The notes beneath the pieces were generated by a model. The model saw only the letters and a program-made list of their open reading frames with translations. It ran no database searches and was not told the origin of the DNA. A stretch of DNA of 64,000 bases from NCBI GenBank assembly GCA_951406725.2, contig OX597814.1, forward strand, positions 6,634,001 through 6,698,000, read 5' to 3'. The stretch comes from Octopus vulgaris. Lineage: Eukaryota. Of the stretch, positions 1 through 13,139 are shown piece after piece (within the stretch, counting starts at the first letter, position 1; each line of letters opens with the position of its first letter). Both the position numbers and the translations under genes were made by a program.

Positions 1-269
1 TCAAATTAGAGATTATTCTTTGTGGCTAATAGCGTGAATCCTGATTGGAAGAAGAAGACAGCAGCATTAGGACTCCCAATGGCCAAAAAGCTGTCTAACT
101 AGTAGCAGTTGCTGTGGAGATTTAGTTAAGTATTGCAGTAGTGTTAGTAGTAGTGATCTCCCTTCCTCTGCCACAGGTATTTGAACATTGTTGGTATTTT
201 GTTATGAAGGATGTTTTGTTGATGCTTTGTTGTTGAGTTGTATTATCACTAAAGCACCATCCTAACATG

Positions 270-552
270 GTAGTTGCCAGCGCCGCTTGACTGGCGTCCA
301 TGTCGGTGGCACGTAAAAAGCACCAACCGATCATGGCCGTTTGCCAGCCTCATCTGGCCCCTGTGCCGGTGGCGCGTAAAAAGCACCCACTACACTGACG
401 GAGTTGTTGGCGTTAGGAAGGGCATCCAGCTGTAGAAACACTGCCAGATCAGACTGGTGCAGCCTCCTGGCTTCCCAGACTCCAGTTGAACCGTCCAACC
501 CATGCTAGCATGGAAAACGGATGTTAAACGATGATGATGATGATGATGATTA
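270..552 (+). mobile_element. 3' end of RTE LINE family A (5'-truncated)
   Basis: Has GTGCCGGTGGC(A/G)CGTAAAAAGCACC modules, GGAAGGGCATCCAGCTGTAGAAAC and CCCATGCTAGCATGGAAAACGGA, then a (GAT)n tail. Same tail as follows the RTE ORF at 11.8-12.0 kb. Confidence 0.9.
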
Positions 553-899
553 TTATGGTGGCACATGACCCTACATATATTGCAAATTAAACTGCAAGAA
601 CACAGTGTTCAGTAAATATAAAAACATGTGCAGGTATGAAACAACCAAACTCTGTAATTTTTTCTTGCATATAAAGTAACAAAGTCTCTTTCTTTCTAAT
701 CAAATATCAGTTGGCTTTATTTTTGATAGTAAATGTGTTTGGTAAAATATAAACTGACAAAATTCAGAGATGACAGGTATAGCTTTCAGGAAATTACTTT
801 AACATTTGCTACTGCCCTGCTAATGAAACACTGTATTGGTTACTTCTCTGACACAACTGTTTTGTTCTGTTGCCAAGAACTGCATAATTCACTTTGCCA

Positions 900-1250
900 C
901 CCAGGCAGGACAATTTAAAAATCAAGAACATTCCAGTTCCACTTAAGGAAATCATTGTTTTGATTTCCTTTTGTAAAAAAAAAATGTGCTGAATGTAAGC
1001 CCTGATTTTAACCCTTTCTGATACGAGTTTAAAGAAAGCAACATAACCATTTAAGTGAATTAACTTAGATTTTAAAGGTCTGCTACTCAAAATAAATAGA
1101 TTTTTACTGTAATGGACGAATATTCTAGATTTCTTTTTGCTCTTCCATGTGTAGATATTCGTACCCCAGTCCAAATACGACCCTTTAGTGGACGACATTG
1201 AGTTAATTGAATCAACTATCCAGATCTGATATTCAAATGGTCATGTAAGT
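900..1250 (-). pseudogene. Possible highly decayed LINE endonuclease fragment
   Basis: ORF 809-1198 contains YTWKSKKKSRI..YSKNL, resembling the (F/Y)TW...SRIDY..S motif of APE endonucleases. No other motifs recovered. Confidence 0.3.
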
Positions 1251-1707
1251 AATGTCTCTGTATGATTTAACACCTTGCAATGAGAGATCAAAAAGTACTC
1301 AACAGGACATTGAAAATCAAACGGTCAGTGATTGTCCAGCAGTCAGTGATTCTGAATCAAATTCCGTTCCACTTAAGCTTTCTTCAAATAACTCTTCTGA
1401 CCAAACCTGATGAATTTATCAGATCCAAATTCCATCAATTCTCCTGAAGCTATGGAGTTACTATTATGTCAGTCTCACTGTGAGAGATAACCTCCAGTTC
1501 AGCTTGACTTTTCATGTTCTGATAAATTCCTTCAAGGAATTCTCTCTCTCTCTTTGACTGGGAAGAATGATATGATTCAGTTGATTGTCCTCTATGAAAC
1601 TTTTTTATATTGGTGCCATATATGTCATGTGGTTATGATGTCATTCTAATATGGCAATATTAAGTGGAATTACTCCCAATGGTTCTTTCAAGAAGAATCT
1701 AACTCAA

Positions 1708-1874
1708 AGGTGGCGAGCTGGCAGATATGTTAGCACGCTGGGTTCAAATTCTGCCATTGTCGACTTCGCCTTTCATAATGGGGTCGATAAATTAAGTGCC
1801 AGTTGCATACTGGGGGTCAATCTAATCGACTAGCCCCCTCCCCCAAAATTTCGGGTCTTATGCCTAGAGTAGAA
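1708..1874 (+). mobile_element. tRNA-derived SINE family 2 with target-site duplication
   Basis: GGTGGCGAGCTGGCAG head, GGTTCAAATTC B-box and GTCGACTTCGCCTTTCAT core. Flanked by direct repeat AAGAAGAATCTAACTCAA at 1690-1707 and 1875-1892. Confidence 0.85.
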
Positions 1875-2087
1875 AAGAAGAATCTAACTCAAGGTCTTAT
1901 ATTGGCATAAGGAAGACTTATTCTGGTTGTTAACTGTAGTTAGGGAACTTGGGATATATAATCCAGGTATTTCCCTCACAAAGCACTTCTATGGATTTAA
2001 AGCTTCCTGAAAACTGAAGTGAGGGAGGCTTCCTTATAATATTATTGTTCCAATGATCCCAAAGTCCACAAAACATCCATAGAAATT

Positions 2088-3965
2088 ATCATCGTTTACT
2101 GTCCATTTTTCATGCTGGCATGGGTTGGATGGTTTGACTGGAGACTGGCAAGACAGGAGGCTGCACTAAGCTCCAATCTGATTTGGCAAGGTTTCTACGG
2201 CTGGATGCCTTTCCTAACACCAACCACTCTGAGAGTGTAGTGGGTGCTTTTTACGTGCCACTGACATAGGAGCCAGTCAGGCAGCACTGGCATCGACCCT
2301 GTTCGGATGGTGTTGTTTACATGTCACCCGCATAAGGAGCCAGTCGGTGGGGACTAGCATTGGCCACAACTACAATTTCCATTTTGATCTCTATTTTGAT
2401 TCAATTCTTGATTGATTTTACTTGACTCAACGGATCTTCTCAAGCACAGCATCTCACCTGACAGTTCAAGGGTACTCTTAAAAGGGCTGGTTATGTGACA
2501 CTGGTGTTGGCCACAGCTGTAATCTCACTTGGTTTGCTGGGTCTTCTCAATCACAGTATATCTCCAAAGGTCTCGGTCTCTTGTCATTGCCTCTGTGAGT
2601 CCCAACGTTTGAACTTCATGCTTCACCACCTCATCCCATGTCTTCCTGGGTCTCCCGCTTCCATGTTTTTCTTCCACTGTTAGGGAGTGACACTTCTTCA
2701 CACAGCTGTCCTCATCCATGCGCAACACATGACCATACCAGTGCAGTCGTCTCTCTTGCACACCACATCTGATGCTTCTTGTCTCCAACTTTTTTCTCAG
2801 GGCACTTACACTCTGTCAGGTATGCACACTGACATTACACATCCAGTGGAGCATACAACCTTCATTTATTGCAAGCTTACGCATGTCCTCAGCAGTCACA
2901 TCCCATGTTTCACTGCCATGTAGCATGGCTGTTCACATGCATGCGTCATACAGTCTACCTTTCACTCTGAGTGAGAGGCCCTTTGTTACCAGCAGAGGTA
3001 GGAGCTTTCTGAACTTTGCCCAGGATATGCTTATTCTAACAGTTATGCTCTCAGAGCATTCACCCCCTACTACTGGGTTGGTCACCTAGGTAACAGAAGC
3101 TATCAACTACTTCTAGTTTTTCACCCTGGTATGTGATGTAATTTGTTTCCTGTACGTCTTCAGCATTTATTGCCCCTGTGCATCTGCTACTCACAAAAAC
3201 TACCTTCCCAGTTAACTTTCCTTTGATATTGCTGCACCTCTTATGTGTCCTCTTAAAGCTTACACCGAGTATGTCTTATGGAGTTTCTGCATATACTTTT
3301 TCTACAGATCAAGTAGGGCCATCTACCTGAAGCGGTTTGTGCTTTATCCGCCTTCCTACTTATTAGGAATTTGGTTTTTGCTAGATTGATTCTCAGGCCC
3401 AACGATTTTAGACCTTGCTTCCACACCTGAAACTTTATCTCTAGTTCTGGTGGTGATTCAGCTACTAGAGCAAGGTCATTGGCACAGAGGAGCTCCCAGG
3501 TGCAGCCTGTCTTGAATTCCTCTGTTATTGCCTGGAGCACTATGATGAAAAAGTGGGGCTGAGGACTGATCCTTGGTGAACCTCTACTTCTACCTGGAAT
3601 TCTTCACTATACTCACTGCCAACCCTCACCTTACTGACAGCATCCCTGTACAGCTCTTACCAACCACTCATCTATCCTTAGTTTCTGCATTGCCCACCAG
3701 AGAAGGGATTGGGGGATCCCGTCAAAGGCTTTCTTCAGGTCAATAAAAGCCAGGTACAGAGGTTTATCATTGGTTAGGTATTTCCCCTGTAGTTGCCCAA
3801 ACTGCATCTCATCCAAGCTGACTCTCTCCCTAATTAGTTGGGCTATGACTCTCTCTATGACCTTCATCGCCTGATCCAGCAATTTGATACCTCTGTAGTT
3901 ATTTCTATCTAAAACATCACCTGTACCTTTCTAGCAGTTGATTATGGAGCTGCTACACCAGTCAT
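2088..3965 (-). mobile_element. RTE LINE family A, decayed RT-to-3'UTR fragment
   Basis: Minus-strand ORFs LDQAMKVIERV..LAFIDLKKAFD, ELLCANDLAL (YADD-derived) and ERRLHWYGHV..GRPRKTW, plus family 3' tail. Frameshifts and stops present. Confidence 0.92.
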
Positions 3966-4099
3966 TGGGTGTCATTTAATGTCCACTTTCAATACTTGCA
4001 TCGATTAAATGGTTTGATTGGAACTGGTAAGCCAGAGAGCTGTCCCAGACTTCAGTTTGGCTTAGCTTGGTTTCTATGGCTGGATGCCCTTCGTAACTC

Positions 4100-4300
4100 T
4101 TTTGTTCAACTGGTTCTGGCTCTGAGTACAAATGTCTTGTTTTCATAAGTTTTGAATTAAATCTTCCACAAAGCCTTAGTGTTAGGAACATAAATTGTGA
4201 CTAGCTGAATGATAACTAAGTTATTTTACTAAATTCTTTGTTATATTTAAAGTAATTGAAAGAAACACAGAGCATCTTAAATACAGTAACGAAAGGTTTA
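4100..4300 (-). mobile_element. Partial piggyBac-type MITE (same family as 29.2-30.0 kb)
   Basis: Reverse-complement match to the MITE triplet; ends in GTAACGAAAGGTTTAA. Confidence 0.8.
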
Positions 4301-4304
4301 ATGC

Positions 4305-5460
4305 CAATCACTTCAAGAGTGCAGTGGGTGTCTTTTACTGGAACACCTTTTTTATGGATCAATGGCACTGGCCATGACTATGATTTCACTTGGCCTGATG
4401 TGTCTTCTCAAGCACAGCAAATCACCAATGGTCTCGATCACTTGTTATCATCTGTGAAAGACTCGGCATCCAAAGATCATGCTTCACCACTTCGTCTCAT
4501 GTCTTCCTGGCTCTACCTTCACATTTAGAGATCATCACTTCTTTACACAGCTGTCCTCGTCCATACAAATCACATGACCATACACAGTCTTCTCTCTTGC
4601 ACACCACATCTAATGCCTCTTATGCTCAATTTTTCTCTCAAGACATTTACACTCAGTCATACATGCACACTGGCATTGCACATCCAGTGAAGCAGACTAG
4701 CTTCATTTCTTTCATGCCTTTGCATGTTCTCTACAGTCACAGCCCATGTTTCACTGTCATGTGGCATAGCTGTTCACACATCTGTCTTTCACTCTGAGGA
4801 AGAGGCCCTTCATTACCAACAAAGGTGAAAGCTCTCTGAAGTTTGCTTCAGCCCATTCTTATTCTAGCAGCTATGTTCTCAGAGCATCCACCTCCACTGC
4901 TGACTTGGTCACCCATAAGCTATCAACAACTTATAAGTATATCCCTGGCATTTGACAGAGTCCATTTTCTGTACATTTCTGGTGTTTATTGTACCTGTGC
5001 ACTTGCCACACACAAACACTACTTTCTTTATTAACCTTCCTCTGATACTGCTGCACCTCTTATGTGTACATAGCTTGCATTGAGTACACTTTATGGAGTT
5101 TCTACCAACACATTTTCTACATCTTGAGCAGGGCCATCTCCCTAAAGGGATTTGTGATTTGTCCATTTTTCTACTTACTAAGACTTTGGTTTTTGCTAAA
5201 TTAACTCTAAGGCCCTTTGATCCCAGACCTTGCTTCCATGCCTGAAATATCTTCTCTAGTTCTGGTAGTGATTCAGCTATAAGAACAATGTCATTAGCAT
5301 AGGGAAGCCTCCAGAAGCAGCTCATCTCAAATTCTTGCTATAGCCTAGAGGACTATGATAAACATATTGTATCTGAGAACTGATCCTTGGTTAATTCTAA
5401 CTTGGACACTGAATCCATTGCTATGGAACTGATCCTTGGTGAACTCCAGCTTGTACACTG
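4305..5460 (-). mobile_element. RTE LINE family A, decayed fragment
   Basis: ORF 4909-5325 has LPYANDIVL and WPCSRCRK..CTQCKLCTHKRC..CGKC; family tail on the left side. Confidence 0.88.
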
Positions 5461-5869
5461 AACAAGGGTATTTAAAATAAAAATCCATTGAAGAACGGAG
5501 TTAGCAAATTTCTTTTACTATATTGTTAACAATTGTTTTATCAATTTCCATTATGTAAAAAAGTAAGTACTAGGGTTGATTCCTTTGATTGAAACTCTTC
5601 AAGGCATGGCTGTAATGACTAACAACTGAAGCAAATAAAAAATAACTAATCTTGCATCATGTTCTTACCATGCACTGTGCAAGCTTTCTTTCACAGTGCA
5701 TGGTGAAATCAACTCATCAGAATTCCACAAAAAGCAAAATGCTGATTGATTTTGCCATATCACTCAAGTACTAGTAATCATATTTGGTCAAGAGAAATAG
5801 AGGCAGAAAGGGGGTAGAATGTGGGGAGGAGGAGCAGAAGAATTTGATAGGATAATTAACTTCCTTAGT

Positions 5870-6112
5870 TTCCCGTCAAGCCAAGTGAAATTGTAGTCAT
5901 GGAAGATACTGGTGTCACACGACTGGCACCTATGCTGATGGTATGGAAAAACACCCATTACACTCAGAATGGTTGGCATCAGGAAGGGCATCCAGCTGTA
6001 GAAACCATGCCAAATCAGGCTGGAATCTGGTGTGGCTCCTCACCTTTCCAGCCCTGGTCAAACTATCCAGCCCATGCCAGCATGGGCAATGAATGTTAAG
6101 TGACAATGATGA
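5870..6112 (+). mobile_element. RTE family A 3' tail
   Basis: GGAAGGGCATCCAGCTGTAGAAACC...CCCATGCCAGCATGG...(GAT)n. Confidence 0.8.
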
Positions 6113-6115
6113 TTA

Positions 6116-6149
<34 letters not shown>

Positions 6150-6152
<3 letters not shown>

Positions 6153-6345
6153 AATCCCCAAAAGAAGAACAAACACAAAAAACACAACAACGCGAGGACA
6201 TGGTACATGTTTAGTATTAGCAGACACTCAGGGAAGGAAGAAAGATGGTTTAACATTTTGAGCAGATGCTCTCCTTCGGAAACAGAGAAAAGTCCAATAG
6301 AAGGGAAGACGGAGAAAGTAAATCACCAACGATTCATGTGGTTAT
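6150..6345 (-). mobile_element. Penelope-like terminal-repeat fragment between (TA)n tracts
   Basis: Related to the 15.9-16.15 kb element and carries a decayed hammerhead-like motif at 6249-6283. Confidence 0.5.
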
Positions 6346-6920
6346 ATATATATATACATCCAGCTGTAGAAACATTGCCAGATTAGACTGGAGCCTGGTG
6401 CAGCCTTCTGGCTTCCCAGAACCCCGGTCGAACCGTCCAACCCATGCTAGCATGGAGAACGGACGTTAAACGACGATGATGATGATATATATATATATAA
6501 AACCAAGAAAAATACTGAGAAAAGGTTGAAAATGAATCAAATTTTTATACACATGTTTTTTGTGTAATTAAAACAAGTGCAATTTTTTAACATAAGAGGA
6601 AAATAGTTTTGTTCTATGTATTTATATGTACAAAAATAAAAATACAAAAATCCATTTTCATAGAATGTTGTAGTTTAACTGAAAATATATAGGTGTATGT
6701 ATTCATAAGGTAAGTCTGACACATACAACACTAGGATCACAGGTTACTTCTCTTTTGTACAGAAAAGGGTTTTCATGTTTATAAATTATTGTGTGTTGTG
6801 ATTAAAAGAGGTTTTGCAGTTGAGGAAAAATTTCATACCGTGTGTGTGAATATGTACTACAATTTGTTTTGTGTGTGTGTGTGTGTGTGCAGATACAAAC
6901 AAAATAAACTATAGTACATA

Positions 6921-7116
6921 CTCTTTTGTTTCAGTCATTTGACTGTGGCCATGCTGGATCGACCCCAGGACTTATTCTTTGGATGCCTAGTACTTATTCT
7001 ATCAGTCTACTTTGCCGAACTGCTAAGTTACAGGGATGTAAACACGCCACCATCGGTTGTCAAGCGATGTTGGGAGGACAAACACAGACACACAAACATA
7101 TACACACACATACACT

Positions 7117-7152
<36 letters not shown>

Positions 7153-7332
7153 CACACATACATATATACGACAGGCTTCTTTCAGTTTCCGTCTACCAAA
7201 TCCACTCACAAGGCTTTGGTCGACCCAAGGCTACAGTAGAAGACACTTGCCCAAGGTGCCATGCAGTAGGACTGAACCCGGAACCATGTGGTTCGTTAGC
7301 AAGCTACTTACCACACAGCCACTCTTACGCCT
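6921..7332 (-). mobile_element. tRNA-derived CORE-type SINE family 1
   Basis: Minus strand has a tRNA-like head (GAGTGGCTGTGTGGTAAG...GGTTCAGTCC), a CCTTGGGCAAGT core-like motif, an internal (TA)/(TG) microsatellite and the family tail. Same family as 26.9 kb and 48.2 kb. Confidence 0.9.
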
Positions 7333-7379
7333 ATATATATATATACAATTTATGTATATATACATATACATAAATTTTA

Positions 7380-8130
7380 AAGGCAGTAGATAATACACAA
7401 ATAGCAGTGTATATACATAATATCAGCAAGAGTGTATAAACAGAAATCCTATGGAAGTGTCTATAGATCACCTACAATGACAATGTTTAGAAACAAAATA
7501 AATGGCAGAGTATATACTAAAACTTGACTGTCACTGCATATACACAAAATAATGGTAGTGTATATACACAAAGTAAATGACAGTGTATGTGCACAGAAAA
7601 AGGGCAGTGAATATATACATATTAAATAGCAATGTATATACACAAGTTGAATGGCGGCTATCTATATACACAAAACAGGAATGTATATATGTACAAATAA
7701 ATGGCAGTGCATATAATCAAATTTACTGCTAAAAGGACAATGTACCCAAAATAAATGTTAGAGTATATAAATGAATTTGGTATTGTATATGCACAAAAAA
7801 TATATGGTAGTATATATACATATTACAACTGGTAGTCAATACACATAAACCTGACAGTGTATGTGCATAAAACAAATATCAGGGTGTGTGTATGTGTGTA
7901 TATATACATACCTAGTGAATGTCAATGTATAAAGCAAAGTACAATGTGTCTGAATATACACAAATACATGGCAATGTAAATATAAAAACTGTACGTCGGT
8001 GTATATGGAGAACGTGTTCTGTAATTTACTTTGTATTACGTCTTCCACTGTTTTGGCCTTATCTTACAAGTTTATCTAATAAAAATGCAGTGTATATACA
8101 CAAAAAAGATTGTATGGAATATCTGTATTT
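7380..8130. repeat. Degenerate ~25-bp AT-rich minisatellite
   Basis: Recurrent AAATAAATGGCAGTGTATATACAC-like units. Confidence 0.75.
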
Positions 8131-8174
8131 TGCTATTTTGCTACACCGCTTGAATCTGCATCATTCAATGACCA

Positions 8175-11100
8175 TAATGCTTATGCTTACAACGCTGCTA
8201 ACAGTGGCTCCTACCTCCAGTAGGGGCAACAATCTTTACATGCCTAAATGCTTGAATGTTGTCAGGTCGGAAGAGAGAGCAGATGAAGCATGCCTAACAA
8301 ACAAACACCACCACAACAGCCCTCTTCTTTTCAGGTGCTGAATTACATCCCTCCTCCCCAAACCTCACCCCACAGTCCCTTCCAGTTTTCAGAGTTGGCA
8401 CTGTCAGTGTTGGCACAATGAAAGGTAGTTCTAGTGAGATTGTAGAGATGCTTCAAAGGAGACCGGTTGATGTATGCTGCATACAAGAGGTAAGATGGAG
8501 AGGAGCTTCAGCTAGGGTCCTCACAAGAAAGGCACATATGTACAAAGTCTTCTGGCAAGGTGACATGGATGGTGTAGGCATACTCCTCTTAGAGAAATGG
8601 GTGGATAAGGTTATAGAGGTTGTTAGGGTATGCAATAGAGTGCTTAAGCTTAGGCTAGTCCTGCAGAATAGCACAGCTACTATCATCTCCACTTATGCCC
8701 CACATACTGGGCTACCAAATGATCAGAAGGACCACTTTTATGATACTCTTCTACAGGCTATCTCAAACACGAGTAGTAATGACCTCATCTTTGTGGCTGG
8801 AGACTTTAATGGGCATGTCGGGAGACTTTAATGGGCATGTCGGGAGACTTTAATGGGCATGTCGGGAGACTTTAATGGGCATGTCGGGTGGGGTACACGG
8901 TGGCCATGGTATTGGCACCCGAAACGATGAGGGAACCAGGCTACTGGAGTTCTGTGATACATGTAACCTTCTAATCTGCAATACTAACTTCAGGAAGCCC
9001 AGACAGCCACCTGATAACCTATCAATCAGGGAACTCTTCTAGCCAGATTGATTTCATCCTCATGAGACAGTAGGATGCAGAGTTGCTCTTAAATACAAAG
9101 ACCCTCCCAGGTGAAGAATGTACCCTCCTGCCCAGCATAGGCTAGTCATTAGTCTCAAGCCTAGAAGGATACCAAGAAGCAGACGAATCCAAAAACGAAG
9201 GATTTGGAAGCTAAAGAACCCTTCACATGGTCAGAGATTTAGGGACATCCTCATCAAGAAATTTGAGGAGAGGGAGGACGAGCTACAGACATCGGACATA
9301 GAAGGTAGCTGGAAATTCCTAAGGGACAGCTTGCTGAGTGCCACAGACCAAGTCTGTGGCTGGTGCAAAGTCCCTTCTGGACCTAGAGTTACGTGGTTGT
9401 GGAATAGTGCAGTAGACAAAGCTATTAATGCAAAGAAACAGGCCTGGAAAGCTTTGAAGGGAGGGGGTAGTAAGGAACTGTACCAGATAGCTAAAAGGGA
9501 GGCTGGGCAGCAGGTATACATAGCCAAGAGCAAAGCAGAAAAGAAGAAGTTTGCTAATGTCCAGAGACATAAGGACCAAAGAACTGAGGTATTTCGGATT
9601 GCTGGACTGTGTGAGAGAAAATTGTGATTTCACAGGAGAGAAATGTGTCCAAATAGATGTAGGTGTACCAGCTTTTAATGTTTATGAAAAGAAAGAGGCT
9701 TGGAGAAGCCATTATGAAAGACTGCTGGATGTGGAGAATGAATGGGAGGAGGAGAGCCTGCCAAATGTTGACCCAGTAGAGGGACCAGCTATCCCAATAG
9801 ACAACTCCCTTGTAGTTAAGGCAATTAAGGGTATGAAGCCAGGAAAAGCTCCCGGCCCATCAGGAATCACTGCTGAGATGCTTAAAACATATGGTGGTGT
9901 GGGCTATGGCCTAGTCACCCGCATTGTAAACCAGGTAGTTCATAATGGAGTCATACCCAATGACTGGCGTAGCAGCACCATAGTCAACTGCTACAAGGGT
10001 AAAGGTGATGTTCTAGATAGAAATAACTACAGGGGTATTAAACTGCTGGATCAGGTGATGAAGGTCAAGGATAGGGTCATAGCCCATCTCATTAGGGAGA
10101 GAGTTTGCTTAGATGAGATGCAGTTCATTTTAGTGCCGGGTAGAAACACCACTGATGCCATATTCCTGGTTCGACAACTGCAGGAGAAATACCTAGCCAA
10201 AGATAAATCCCTATACTTAGCTTTTGTGGACTCGGAGAAATCCTTTGACATGGTCCTCTGATCCCTTATCAAGTGGGTGATGTGGAAACTGGAGATTGAC
10301 AAATGGTTAATAAGGGCTGTACAGGCCCTTTACAGAGAGGCTGTTAGTAAGGTTATTGGCAATGAGTACAGTGAATAATTCCGGGTAGAAGTTGGCATCC
10401 ACCAAGGTTCAGCCCTCAGTCCCCTTTTATTCATTATAGTCCTCCAGGCGATAACAGAGGAATTCAAGATGGGTTGCCCCTGGGAGCTCCTCTATGCTGA
10501 TGACCTGGCCCTCATAGCAGAATCACTACAGGAACTAGAGAAGAAATTTTGGGTGTGGAAGCTAGGTTTAGAATCAAAAGGCCTTAGAGTCAATGTAGCA
10601 AAGACCAAAGTTCTAGTAAGTAGGAAGGCAAACTCACGACACACCCCTTCAGGCAGGTGGCCCTGCTTGATCTGTAGAAAAGGTGTAGGTAGAAACTCCA
10701 TAAGATGTACTCAGTGTAAGCGAGAAGATAGCTTTCGTGTGCGGCAGATGCACAGGAGCAATAGACACCATTGATACTCAGAAAACAGATTCCATTACAC
10801 TCCTGGGGGAGAAACTAGTAGTTGATAGTTTCTGCTACCTAGGTGACCAAGTCTGTAGTGGGGGTGGATGCTCAGAGAGTGTTACCACTAGAATAAGAAT
10901 AGCCTGGGCAAAGTTTAGGAAGCTTCTTCCCCTACTGGCAACAAAGGGTCTCTCGCTCAGAGTGTATGACACATGTGTGTGAAATGTCATGCTTCACGGC
11001 AGTGAAACATGGGCTGCGACTGCTGAAGACACGCGTAGGCTCAAAAGAAATGAAGCTACCATGATCCGCTGGATGTGTAATGTCAGTGTGCACACACGAC

Positions 11101-12040
11101 AGAGTGTAAGTGCCCTGAGAGAAATGTTGGACATAAGAAGCATCGGATGTGGTGTGCAAGAGAGACGTTTGCATTGGTATGGTCATGTACTATGGATGGA
11201 TGAGGAGAGATGTGTGAAGAAGTGCCACTCCCAAACTGTTGAAGGAATCCGGGGTAGAGGTAGACCCAGGAAGACATGGGATGAGGTTGTCAAGCATGAC
11301 CTTCATACGTTGGGCTTCACAGAGGCAATGATGAAAGACCGAGACCTCTGGAGATATGCTGTGACTTTGAATATCTGAAAAATGAAGTGAGTTCATTGCT
11401 TGCAGGACGGCCTGCTGTGCTTGAAGAGACCTATTGAGTCAAGTTCATCAACATCAAAATAAAAATCGTATGGATATTGTAGTTGTGATACCCATGCTGG
11501 TGGCACGTAGGGCCTCACAGAGGAAATGACGAAAGACCGAGACCTCTGAGATATGCTGTGCCTGCAAAGACCTGACAAATGAAGTGAGTTTATGGCTCGC
11601 AGGATGGCCTGCTGTGCTAACCTTGGATCGTAGAGTGACCCACTGTTCTTGAGAAGACCTGTTGAGTCAAGTACGTTAACACCAACATCAAACTAAAAAT
11701 CAAATGCAAATTGTAGTTAAGATACCCGTGCCAGTGGCACATGAAAAGCACCATCCGAACGTGGCTGATGCTAGTGCCGCCTGACTGGCGCCTGTGTTGG
11801 TAACACATAAAAAGCACCAACCGATTGTGGCCATTTGCCAGCCCACTCTGGCCCCTGTGCCGGTGGCACGTAAAAAGCACCCACTACATTCATGGAGTGG
11901 TTGGCGTTAGGAAGGGCATCCAGCTGTAGAAACACTGCCAGATCAGACTGCAGCCTGGCGCAGCCTCCTGGCTTCCCAGACCCCGGTGGAACTATCCAAC
12001 GCATGCCAGCATGGAAAACGGACGCTAAACGATGATGATG
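8175..12040 (+). mobile_element. Near full-length decayed RTE-clade LINE (family A): APE endonuclease, RT, PHD-like finger and 3'UTR
   Basis: EN motifs VDVCCIQEVRW, YAP and GDFNGH. RT motifs KAPGPSGI, NYRGIKLL, FVDSEKSFD, LLYADDLAL, YLG and ERRLHWYGHV/GRPRKTW. (GAT)n tail. Broken into several ORFs by frameshifts and stops. Confidence 0.95.
8799..8886 (+). repeat. Perfect 22-bp tandem repeat x4 inside the RTE endonuclease
   Basis: GGAGACTTTAATGGGCATGTCG repeated four times. Confidence 0.95.
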
Positions 12041-12084
12041 TGTATATATAGCAACCAATGGCTATATATGTATATATCATCATA

Positions 12085-12780
12085 ATTATCATTATCATCA
12101 TCATCATTTAGCATCTGTTTTCCATGCTGACATAGATTGGAATGGCTTGACAGGAACTGGCAAGGCCATGGGCTGCACCAGGTTCCATTGTCTGTTTTGT
12201 TTTCGTTTCTATGGCTGGATGTCTTCCTAATGCCAACCACTCCACAGAATGCTCCAGCTGCTTTTTATGTGGCACCAGCATCCACATCAATGCTTCTACA
12301 TGGCACTTTGGTTTTAGGATCTCAATTCTGTTGTGGTGGACAGGTCTTCCTGAGTACAGCAATGCACCACATATCTGGGTCTTCTGTCATCTTCTTCAGA
12401 AAGTTCAGCATTTTGAGATCAGCCTTCAAAAACTTGCTCCCTGTCTCCCTCTTCGACAACTGTCCTCCACTTTAAGTGATATCCACTTCTTTTTTGCAAC
12501 TGCCTCATCCACCCTTATCACATGACCAAACCAGAGCAGCGCCCTCTCTTGCACACTACAGCTAATTCCTCTTGTGCCCAACTACACTCTCAATACACCA
12601 ATGCTCTGTTGCACCTACACACTGACATTGCACATCCAGCAGAACATACCAGCTTTGTTCCTCTCTAGCCTTCACATGTCCTTTTTTATTCAGGGCCCAC
12701 GTCACACAACTGCGCAGCACTGCAGTTAATACACATTCATCATACAAACTTCCCTTCACTTGGAGGGAAAGAGAGAGATG

Positions 12781-12814
<34 letters not shown>

Positions 12815-13130
12815 GAGAGAGACATTTGGTTGTCAACAGAAGTAAAAACTCTGAACTTTCTCCATCGTTTTCTTATTCTAGCAATTACACTTTCTGCTGC
12901 TCCCAGTCTTAAATTCCTCTTTTATAGCCTGGAGGATGATGATAACTAGGAAGGGACTGAGGACTGACTCTTGGTAGACACCTACATCTACACTAAATTA
13001 ATCACTGTATCCATGGCCAGCTCTTACCTTATTAACACCACCCTTGCACATTCCACAAGCCATTTGTCTATCCGAGTTTCCTCAGGGATCACATCACCAG
13101 ATCACAGAAGAAGGTACACTGTGGATGGCT
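12085..13130 (-). mobile_element. Older RTE-related fragment(s) with an (AG)n tract
   Basis: Minus-strand family tail plus the remnant VKGSLYDECVLTAVLRSCVTW. Confidence 0.7.
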
Positions 13131-13139
13131 TTCTCTTTA

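Noticed and set aside
8418-11378. Active autonomous LINE
   Set aside because: Multiple stops, frameshifts and deletions; this copy cannot encode an intact ORF.
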